Assembly (NCBI GenBank): GCA_035444565.1
Contig: DAOMOX010000003.1
Span: 159,488 to 223,487, forward strand
Source of the DNA: Candidatus Dojkabacteria bacterium
GTDB lineage: Bacteria > Patescibacteriota > Dojkabacteria > B142 > OLB20
Reading direction: 5' to 3'
Length of the DNA stretch: 64,000 nucleotides
The notes beneath the pieces are model-generated. The model saw only the letters and a list, made by a program, of their open reading frames with translations. It searched no databases and was not told the origin of the DNA. Numbering within the stretch: position 1 is the stretch's first letter; each line of letters opens with the position of its first letter. This document shows, in pieces, positions 1 through 7,159 of this stretch. The position numbers were made by a program, and so were the translations under genes.

Positions 1-684
1 CTCTATCATTTGTTCCTCAAAGAATCTGGTGAGGTTTTGTTGAAGTATTATTCCGTCTTTTAGCCATATTGGAGATGAAACATCTTTGTCGTTTTCAATG
101 ATTAGATACTTTAATTTCTGAGCAATCAATATGCTATTTATCTCACTAAGTTTCTTTAAGTTTTCAAGATAGTCGTTTAATTTCTTTTTTGTTTCGAAAG
201 CCACACCGTGGATTCTCTGTAAAAGAGGTCTGGAAGAATCGTTCATCCAGTAATTTTTTGTAATTTTAGTTAATTTGAAGTGATCCAACTCACCAGTACT
301 TTTAACATGAGGACCTCTACAGAGATCAATGAAATCATCTCCAGTTTTATAGAAACTTACCTCTGCATCGGGAATTTTATTCAAGAGTTCAGTTTTGTAT
401 GTTTCTCCTAATTGAAGAAGTGTCTGTAACGCTTGATCTTTAGGTATTACAATGTTTGTGAAAGGGATGTTTTCCTCAATGATTTCATTCATCTCGGCCT
501 CAATATTTGCTAAATCTTCGTGAGTGAATTTGTGGTCAATATCAAATTCATAATAAAAACCTGTATCCGTAACCGGTCCGATTCCAATCTTTACATCAGG
601 GAATAGTCTTTTCACAGCGTAAGCTAAAACATGCGCTAAACTGTGACGTTGCTTCTCTAGGTTTTGTAGTTGAGCAGTATTCAT
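1..684 (-). CDS. thrS: Threonyl-tRNA synthetase-like protein, N-terminal part (editing domain; runs off window); divergent
   Basis: Manual translation from ATG at 684: MNTAQLQNLEKQRHSLAHVLAYAVKRLFPDVKIGIGPVTDTGFYYEFD...FIDLCRGPHVKSTG...LQRIHGVAF. HxxxH and DLCRGPH editing-domain motifs present. Absent from the ORF track because it is truncated by the window edge. Confidence 0.85.
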   Translation of the reverse strand, partial: MNTAQLQNLEKQRHSLAHVLAYAVKRLFPDVKIGIGPVTDTGFYYEFDIDHKFTHEDLANIEAEMNEIIEENIPFTNIVIPKDQALQTLLQLGETYKTELLNKIPDAEVSFYKTGDDFIDLCRGPHVKSTGELDHFKLTKITKNYWMNDSSRPLLQRIHGVAFETKKKLNDYLENLKKLSEINSILIAQKLKYLIIENDKDVSSPIWLKDGIILQQNLTRFFEEQMIE

Positions 685-892
685 ATGAGGTTCTGTTGGT
701 AATATTTAAATTTTCAATTTTTCTGATAAATCTCTACTTATAATAAATAAGTTGTTTAGTTGTCATTCAATTTATTTTTTCTTCAACAATATGGGTAGTA
801 CAGGATTCACACTTTATGTATTGTTCAGGTAAGTTCATACTACGCTTCGCTTGTATTCACTAACCCTTCACTTACGAACCTGTCACCTACTT

Positions 893-920
893 ATCTACCG
901 AAGCCTTGGCGAAGGCAGAT
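893..920. repeat. REP-like palindromic hairpin ATCTACC-GAA-GCC-TT-GGC-GAA-GGCAGAT
   Basis: Nested inverted repeat with a symmetric GAA/GAA internal loop, located at the variable-loop position of the fragmented tRNA. Confidence 0.6.
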
Positions 921-943
921 CGCATGTCATACAACTACTAGTG

Positions 944-1016
944 TGGGTGGTACAAGATTCGAACTTGTGACCTTTCGCACGTCAAGCGAATGCTCTACCA
1001 GCTGAGCTAACCACCC
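944..1016 (-). tRNA. tRNA-Val(GAC), intact, CCA not encoded
   Basis: Reverse complement GGGTGGT TA GCTC AGCTGGTA GAGC A TTCGC TTGACGT GCGAA AGGTC ACAAG TTCGAAT CTTGT ACCACCC A folds into a complete cloverleaf with anticodon GAC. Confidence 0.97.
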
Positions 1017-1177
1017 ACACTAGTAACTGTATTACCAGCCCCTCTTTTATCAAAATCTTTGATTTTGTTTAAAAGAGAGGGTCCTCGCCCACTTCATTAA
1101 AAAGTGGCGGGACTGAGCTAACTACCTATAATCGATCGACTGTAGTGATTATCAATCATTCAGTCTCAAATTGTAAA

Positions 1178-1774
1178 CTAATTTGGTCGGTTTTTGATTA
1201 TTTTATCAATCAACCCATATGTTTTTGCTGTCTCTGCAGTCATATGCTTATCTCTATCACTATCTTTTACGATTTGTTCGTAACTCTGTCCAGTATTATC
1301 AGCAAGAATTTTTGTAAGCAAATCTTTTAATCTAAGGATTTCTTTTGCTTCAATCTCTATATCGCTGGCCTGACCCGAGATACCTCCACTAACAAGTGGT
1401 TGGTGCATATGTATCATGGTATTTGGTAGTGCAAATCTCTTGCCTTTTGTACCTGCTGATAAGATAACAGTTCCAAATGATGCTGCTGTCCCAAAAGCAA
1501 ACGTAACTATGTCTGGCTTTATGTAGTTCATGGTGTCCAGTATCGCAAGACCAGAATATATCACTCCACCAGGGCAATTTATGTACATGGTGATATCTTT
1601 CTCTTTATCTTCCTTTTCTAGAAATAATAATTGTGCAATTACAGCATTTGCGACTTGATCATCTATGCCTGTACCTAGGAAAATTATTCTTTCTTTAAGT
1701 AGTCTTGAATAGATGTCGTATGCTCTCTCTCCATCTCTGGATTTTTCAATAATAGTTGGGACAAGGTAGCTCAT
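1178..1774 (-). CDS. clpP: ATP-dependent Clp protease proteolytic subunit
   Basis: [26 protein letters not shown], catalytic Ser in AASFG, His in MIHMHQP, DRD motif. Confidence 0.97.
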   Translation of the reverse strand: MSYLVPTIIEKSRDGERAYDIYSRLLKERIIFLGTGIDDQVANAVIAQLLFLEKEDKEKDITMYINCPGGVIYSGLAILDTMNYIKPDIVTFAFGTAASFGTVILSAGTKGKRFALPNTMIHMHQPLVSGGISGQASDIEIEAKEILRLKDLLTKILADNTGQSYEQIVKDSDRDKHMTAETAKTYGLIDKIIKNRPN

Positions 1775-1861
1775 GGATAAAATTGATTAATTAAGGAACA
1801 AATCATTATATGATATTTTCTGAAGTTAATAAAACTTTATAATATTTTGTGAAAAGTTGAA

Positions 1862-1897
1862 TAGAAACAAAAATGCCTCCTTGCGGAGACATTTTTG
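1862..1897 (-). terminator. Intrinsic terminator (possibly bidirectional)
   Basis: Minus strand CAAAAATGTCTCC-GCAA-GGAGGCATTTTTGTTT: stem, GNRA loop and U-rich tail. Confidence 0.7.
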
Positions 1898-1950
1898 CTT
1901 GCACTTTTAACTATTTTTACTGCCTTTTGCTTATATTTAATTGTAGTAAC

Positions 1951-1980
1951 AATTTACCAGACAAAACACACCTTTGTCAA
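1951..1980 (-). promoter_or_regulatory. Putative sigma70 promoter
   Basis: Minus strand TTGACA (1980-1975), 18-nt spacer ending in TGG, then TAAATT (extended -10 like). Confidence 0.45.
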
Positions 1981-2131
1981 GAATATTTGTACAGCAATTA
2001 TTGTGGTGTTGTAGGAATTTGTACACCGTTGATACGCTCTGGTGGTCGAACATATCTGGCGGGCTTCTTCTCTTGTATAAAGAGTCAAATATTAAGGATG
2101 ATTTTTTTAGAGTAAATATTTTCCTTGGAAA

Positions 2132-2713
2132 TCAGTCAAGAATTTTAAAGGAAGATTCGCTATTCAAATTCATGTCGTTTGCTTTACCAGCATTGAGTTC
2201 TAGTACGTATTTTGATGGTCTATCAGATGTGTATCGTATGGATTCGTCCAATGGTTTAGTGTTTCCGTGGTAGTTTATAAATTTTTTGTTTGAATCAAAG
2301 AAAATAATATCCAATGGTATAAATGTGTTTTTCATCCAGAACGATTGGTTCTGACTTTCTTGGAATACAAAAAGCATACCCTCGTTATCTGGCATAGTTT
2401 TAATATTCATAAGACCTGTTGCCCTACTCTGATTGTTATCAGCTATGTATACTTCATAAATATGCGTTTCGTTATTGGATGAAATTTCTATACGTTTTTT
2501 TGCTAGTTGGTTAGCGTTTGGAAGTGGATCAACTTTTATTTGTTGCGAATTCTCAATAGTTTTGAATATTGACATTATAAGAAAAAACCCTCCTAATACT
2601 GCTGATGCAAATATGATTGCGATTGTTTTCCAATTAGCCTCAATACTATTGTTTTCGTTTAAAGTTTTTTTCAAGATCTGATTTATTAATAATCCAAATA
2701 ATTGGCCTGCCAT
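2132..2713 (-). CDS. DUF192 family protein with N-terminal TM anchor (true start probably downstream of the mutL overlap)
   Basis: RATGLM, GMLFVF, FWMKNTFIPLDIIFFD and YVLELNAG are DUF192 motifs. Confidence 0.9.
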   Translation of the reverse strand: MAGQLFGLLINQILKKTLNENNSIEANWKTIAIIFASAVLGGFFLIMSIFKTIENSQQIKVDPLPNANQLAKKRIEISSNNETHIYEVYIADNNQSRATGLMNIKTMPDNEGMLFVFQESQNQSFWMKNTFIPLDIIFFDSNKKFINYHGNTKPLDESIRYTSDRPSKYVLELNAGKANDMNLNSESSFKILD

Positions 2714-4427
2714 GTGGGCAAGAATAAGGTTGTGAACATTTTAATAGTTCTCTAAATATTTGTCTTGCTTGGTAATTGTCTAATTTTTGTCCCGCTCGAA
2801 TGCTGCTATGACATGCGATTGTCGCTATTAATTTCTTTAAAACAGAATTCTCTTCTTTATCTACTGTGTCACTAGATTCGTCAAGCGAGGCAAGAATCTC
2901 CGAGAAAATTTTATCATTATTGTTTGAATACACACCTTCTGGAATCGATGTAAGTTCTGTCTTGTTGCCCTTTATTTTGAACTCAAAGCCCAATTTATAG
3001 AGCAGGTCTTTGTTCTCCAGTAACATTAGTTGCTCGGATTTTGAGATGTTGAGAATTTCTGGTAATAGTAGTTTTTGTGAAGGTAAGGTGCTCTCTTCTT
3101 TAAATCGTTTTTCGATTTTTTCAAAATTAATCCTTTCGTCTGCAGCGTGTTGGTCAATAAATTGAACACTATCACCGTTCTGGATTACTAGATAAGTATT
3201 GAATATCTGTAAAATTTCTGATTCAATCTCGAATAGTTCTGGTTCTTGTGAAATATTATTACTCGCTAAGAGTATATTACGCGTAAAACTTATGCTGGTT
3301 TGTGTATTTTGACTTGAGATTACTGTCTTGAAATTCTGAGCACTATGAGCTTCTCGCGATTTTTCAGATTGGTTAAACTGATTGGTATCGATATTTGTAT
3401 CTGTTTTTTCTGTGTGAAATCTGCTAAATGTTTCTTCTTTTAAATATTTTTCTAAAGCATTTCTAACTGAGTTATGAACTACTCTGAAAATCTCTTTAGT
3501 ATTATCAAATCTGATTTCATTCTTCCTAGGGTGGACATTTACATCTACTTTCTCTTCGTCGATTTTAATATTAATAAAATAAATTGGATATTGATTATGC
3601 ATAAGGTTTGTACCAAAGCCAGATTTTACTGCCTTTGCTATGACTGGATCCATAACACTTCTATTATTGACAAATATATACTGAATTGAACTATCTCTCC
3701 TATTAAATACAGGATGCCCTACAAAACCTGAAATCCGTAGACCTTTATCATCAAATGACAAAGGAATTAGTTTTTCTATGAGGTTCGGATGTATCTGCAG
3801 GATACGCTTTTCTAGTGTATCGACTTTTGGTAATGAGTGTACGAGTTTAGAATTATTATAGAATTCAAATCCAATCTGGTAGTGAGGTAATACGATCTTT
3901 GTAAATGTATTTAAAATATTTTTATATTCGGTGAGCTCAGATTTCAAGAATTTTCTTCTTGCAGGAATTTGGTCAAAAATATTTTCAACGATAACAGTAG
4001 TCCCCTGATTCCTCGCATCTCCAGGTGCAACTATTATACGTTCACCGTTAGTAGAGGCAATTATTGGCTTTTCTTTAGACGATTTAGTATGTATTTTGAG
4101 TTTTGAAACACTGGAAATGCTTGCAAGTGCTTCTCCACGAAAGCCCAGTGTATAAATATTCTTAAGGTCATCAACAGAGTGAATTTTTGAAGTTGCATGT
4201 TGAACAAGGGCTAACTTAGCGTCTTCTTCACTCATTCCAGTTCCATTGTCAACGACCTCTATGTAGTTAATACCACCATTTTCAATCTTTAAGATAATTT
4301 TATCTGCTCCTGCATCAATCGAATTTTCAATTAATTCCTTGACAATTGATGCCGGTCTTTCTACTACCTCACCTGCAGCAATTTTGTTAATTAAGTCGGG
4401 AGATAGAAGTTTTATTGTGTTAGTCAT
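2646..4427 (-). CDS. mutL: DNA mismatch repair endonuclease MutL
   Basis: IAAGEVVERPASIVKELIENSIDAGA, GFRGEALASI, VDVNVHP, endonuclease motif DQHAADERINFE, ACH and CPHGRP. Confidence 0.98.
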   Translation of the reverse strand: MTNTIKLLSPDLINKIAAGEVVERPASIVKELIENSIDAGADKIILKIENGGINYIEVVDNGTGMSEEDAKLALVQHATSKIHSVDDLKNIYTLGFRGEALASISSVSKLKIHTKSSKEKPIIASTNGERIIVAPGDARNQGTTVIVENIFDQIPARRKFLKSELTEYKNILNTFTKIVLPHYQIGFEFYNNSKLVHSLPKVDTLEKRILQIHPNLIEKLIPLSFDDKGLRISGFVGHPVFNRRDSSIQYIFVNNRSVMDPVIAKAVKSGFGTNLMHNQYPIYFINIKIDEEKVDVNVHPRKNEIRFDNTKEIFRVVHNSVRNALEKYLKEETFSRFHTEKTDTNIDTNQFNQSEKSREAHSAQNFKTVISSQNTQTSISFTRNILLASNNISQEPELFEIESEILQIFNTYLVIQNGDSVQFIDQHAADERINFEKIEKRFKEESTLPSQKLLLPEILNISKSEQLMLLENKDLLYKLGFEFKIKGNKTELTSIPEGVYSNNNDKIFSEILASLDESSDTVDKEENSVLKKLIATIACHSSIRAGQKLDNYQARQIFRELLKCSQPYSCPHGRPIIWIINKSDLEKNFKRKQ

Positions 4428-5373
4428 TTATTTCGATTGTAAGTTCGATCGGTATGTAAGCTAATTCCATTGGGATGCTTTGCTGTTCAGTAGAATTTTG
4501 AGGAATTGTCGTAGATAAAATACTTAAAAAAATATCGTCTCCAGTTAAATCAATACCATCTAAATCTGGTTCTAAGCTAATAATAACTTGATAATCACCG
4601 TTCGCGAGATTCAATGGAGCATCCAATGGCTCTGGCAGATTCCTTAATAAATCTTCACCAGGATACATAAATCCTTCGTTACTTAATGAATAAATCTTGG
4701 AATTGTCTTCTTCTCTGACATTGTCGAATCTCCCGAGATTAAGTGTTTTTTCTTCAACGGTATTGCTAATTCGGGTTTCGTATTTAAAAGATTGTGGAGC
4801 ATTAGGTAAGGTTAATCCAGGTTGGTCTTCTTCTGCCTTTTTAAACCATATCCCACTGAGTTCGTTAATAGTAGAATTTCCATCTGTAGGGGTTGCTAAA
4901 ATGAAGAAATTGTCCCCTTCGGGAATATCTATACTAAATTTTAATTGCGCAATGTTCTCAGTAATTTCAGCTTCCATCAAGGTGAAATTATTAGGTATCT
5001 CATCTCTATCACCTTCGTTTTCAATGGTCACAAATATTTTATTAATTTCTCTTAACCCATCTAGAGAAAGTTCTTTTAGATCGGTTCCGTCTAGATTCTT
5101 GAGTTGATTGTCAATAGAATTGAATCTCTTGATAAATAGTACACTTTCGTCTTCTCTTCTACCCCACATAGCGTAATGCCCTAACTGAATAGTTGGAAAA
5201 TTATCAGATTGAATGTTTATTGAAGGTGTTGTTGGGATTGGTTCGGAAGTTCTATCAAGGTATACCTTAGATATGATTAGTATGACTGCGGATATGATGA
5301 CTGATAAAAAAATTATTACCCAAATTAGGGATTGTCTTTCATTAAGTTCACTTAGCTGAGATCTTCTTCTCAT
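4420..5373 (-). CDS. Membrane-anchored secreted protein resembling anti-sigma-K (RskA C-terminal-like) duplicated-domain proteins
   Basis: N-terminal TM helix; motifs FILATPTDG, NELSGIWF, YPGEDLL and VIISLEPD recalled from that family. Confidence 0.55.
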   Translation of the reverse strand: MRRRSQLSELNERQSLIWVIIFLSVIISAVILIISKVYLDRTSEPIPTTPSINIQSDNFPTIQLGHYAMWGRREDESVLFIKRFNSIDNQLKNLDGTDLKELSLDGLREINKIFVTIENEGDRDEIPNNFTLMEAEITENIAQLKFSIDIPEGDNFFILATPTDGNSTINELSGIWFKKAEEDQPGLTLPNAPQSFKYETRISNTVEEKTLNLGRFDNVREEDNSKIYSLSNEGFMYPGEDLLRNLPEPLDAPLNLANGDYQVIISLEPDLDGIDLTGDDIFLSILSTTIPQNSTEQQSIPMELAYIPIELTIEIND

Positions 5374-5409
5374 GTAAGTTTGTTGGATTATTAATTAATG
5401 ATACAGTTT

Positions 5410-5685
5410 TTAGTCTGCCTGGACAAATTTTACGCCAGATGGTTTCAGTTTCTGTTGTCTGAAGACCGATAGGATGTTGAGTAATTTTCCATTTGCTTCA
5501 CCAACAATTACGTGTTTCTCTAATGTGGTTTTGACTAGTTCGCTACCATGAAGTTTTTTGAGGGGAATCCTTCGTGAATATTTCGCTTCACTGATTGCGC
5601 CCAATTCATTGATAATCTTGGTCCTAATGCGCCAATCGATTCGAGCTAAATCGTCTTTAGCTTTGTTGGAGTACACTATATTCAT
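5410..5685 (-). CDS. RelE/ParE superfamily toxin-like protein (degenerate)
   Basis: MNIVYSNKAKDDLARID...LKKLHG; 91 aa; 4-nt ATGA overlap with the upstream antitoxin-like gene. Confidence 0.7.
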   Translation of the reverse strand: MNIVYSNKAKDDLARIDWRIRTKIINELGAISEAKYSRRIPLKKLHGSELVKTTLEKHVIVGEANGKLLNILSVFRQQKLKPSGVKFVQAD

Positions 5686-5936
5686 GATTGTTTTATCTCA
5701 AATAATTTCTCTATGTCCTCTTGTGAATATGTGGGGCCTTTGTAGGACTCCAAAGAGGTGAGTTGTAAATAGTATTTATCGGTAAGCTTTTCCTCCATTT
5801 CCTTTAATAACACCTTGATTTGATTGCGTATTAATGCAGACGGAGAAACACCCAATTTACTGGCAAAATAAAAAAGGAGATCTTTCTCCTCGGGCTCAAG
5901 CCTTACGGCTAATTTAGTTGTCATATTATTCTTCAT
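5682..5936 (-). CDS. Ribbon-helix-helix antitoxin-like protein
   Basis: KLAVRLEPEEKDLL..FASKLGVSPSALIR is an RHH pattern; C-terminal YSQEDIEKLF resembles RelB/DUF6290-like antitoxins. ORF extends to 5975. Confidence 0.7.
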   Translation of the reverse strand: MKNNMTTKLAVRLEPEEKDLLFYFASKLGVSPSALIRNQIKVLLKEMEEKLTDKYYLQLTSLESYKGPTYSQEDIEKLFEIKQS

Positions 5937-6061
5937 GACATAATCATTATACCAATCAGAAAAGTATTTGTCCACTCTTCGGATGTTTGAAAAGTAGCCA
6001 GGAGTAGTGTGTTTCGAAATAATAAAACTATGGGATATGCAGGTCTGTCGGGTGTGAAAAA

Positions 6062-7159
6062 CTATAGGTTGGTAGATTCGTGTTTTGTACTAGAATACTT
6101 ATTTACTTCAGATTCTTCAAAACCGAGAAAGAAAACTTCAGTTCTAGGTGTGATTCCAAGCTTCTTTTTTGATTCTTCGTATATTATCTCAAAAAGACCC
6201 AAAACATCGTCTGATGATGCTCCTGGTTGAGTTTCTATGAATGCTGCATGTTTCTCTGAGATTTTTGCATTACCGATTTGTTTACCTTTTAATCCTAAGA
6301 TTTTGTCGATTATGTATCCCCAACTATTACTTTCAAGTTTCAATTCGCTCTGAACTGTCTTCTCAATATTTTGAAAGCAACATCCTGCACTATTTGCGGG
6401 TTGTAGTCTTTTCCTAGTGGCCCATGCTATTGAGGTTTCTCTTGCACGATTTTTATCACCTTCTCTAAGAATTAGATTAACAGACAAAATAACGTCGTTA
6501 TTATTGTGGAAAATAGAATAATCGTAATCAAATTTCAGTTCATTTTTATTAAGAGTTTTAAAATTACCCTCTTCGGTTAAAACATATACGGATTTTACGA
6601 CTTCTGAAAAAAACCTTGTTCCTCCATGAATGTTATTATAGACAGCTCCACCAACTGTCCCCGGAATTCCTGCAAACCATTGAAGACCAGTGATACCCTT
6701 GTCGATTGTGATATTAATCAAATAAGGAAGATAAACTCCTGAAGCTACGTTCACCTCAATTGTTGGGGAATTTGATTCATCATAATCCAAGTCATCGAAA
6801 TTGTAGTATTTGTCCTTATCGACAACATTTAAACGAGCTTCGATTTCTCTAACTGAAGGGAAATGAGTTTCGGAATTACCTTTTATTTCGATTTCTTTTG
6901 ATGCATTTTTGATTACTAAACCGCGTATACCTTTATCCGAGATTAAAACATTACTACCCCACCCTAGTATTGTATAAGGTATATTTAGTTCATTTGCAGT
7001 TTTAACAGCAGAAGACAACTCGTTAATTGTGTTTGCCTGGAAAAATATATCTGCAGGTCCTCCAATTCTCCAAGTTGTGTATTTAGCAAGTGGTTCATCA
7101 AGCTTGACCGTCGAGTTTATCTTTTCTAATTCAGATTTTAATTTGTTTAGATTATTCAT
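6062..7159 (-). CDS. murB: UDP-N-acetylenolpyruvoylglucosamine reductase
   Basis: TTWRIGGPAD, ILGWGSNVLISDKG, GIPGTVGGAVYNN, SAGCCFQN, SEKHAAF. Confidence 0.95.
   Translation of the reverse strand: MNNLNKLKSELEKINSTVKLDEPLAKYTTWRIGGPADIFFQANTINELSSAVKTANELNIPYTILGWGSNVLISDKGIRGLVIKNASKEIEIKGNSETHFPSVREIEARLNVVDKDKYYNFDDLDYDESNSPTIEVNVASGVYLPYLINITIDKGITGLQWFAGIPGTVGGAVYNNIHGGTRFFSEVVKSVYVLTEEGNFKTLNKNELKFDYDYSIFHNNNDVILSVNLILREGDKNRARETSIAWATRKRLQPANSAGCCFQNIEKTVQSELKLESNSWGYIIDKILGLKGKQIGNAKISEKHAAFIETQPGASSDDVLGLFEIIYEESKKKLGITPRTEVFFLGFEESEVNKYSSTKHESTNL

Larger units (their letters stand above)
792..1127 (-). pseudogene. Second, fragmented tRNA-Val(GAC) copy interrupted by four structured insertions, one containing the intact tRNA-Val
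   Basis: Minus-strand pieces in tRNA order: AGGTAGTTAGCTCAG (1127-1113), CTGGTA (1038-1033), TGACATGCGAT (929-919), AGGTGACAGGTTC (888-876), GAATCCTGTACTACCCA (808-792). Acceptor and T stems pair with compensatory changes relative to the inner tRNA. About 11 nt (3' D-stem and 5' anticodon stem) are missing. Confidence 0.8.

Noticed and set aside
792-1127. Group I intron or prophage attL/attR explanation for the tRNA fragments
   Set aside because: The inserts are only ~30-103 nt with no group I core. The fragments cover both tRNA ends with compensatory changes rather than an identical 3' duplication, and no integrase is nearby.
1873-2273. Short ORFs 1873-2115 and 1974-2273 (+)
   Set aside because: Cys-rich, non-protein-like composition; they overlap a terminator/promoter and the DUF192 gene on the opposite strand.
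6760-6890. ~40-aa insertion in MurB as a possible intein
   Set aside because: Too short and lacks the Cys/Ser start and His-Asn end; likely a lineage-specific loop.
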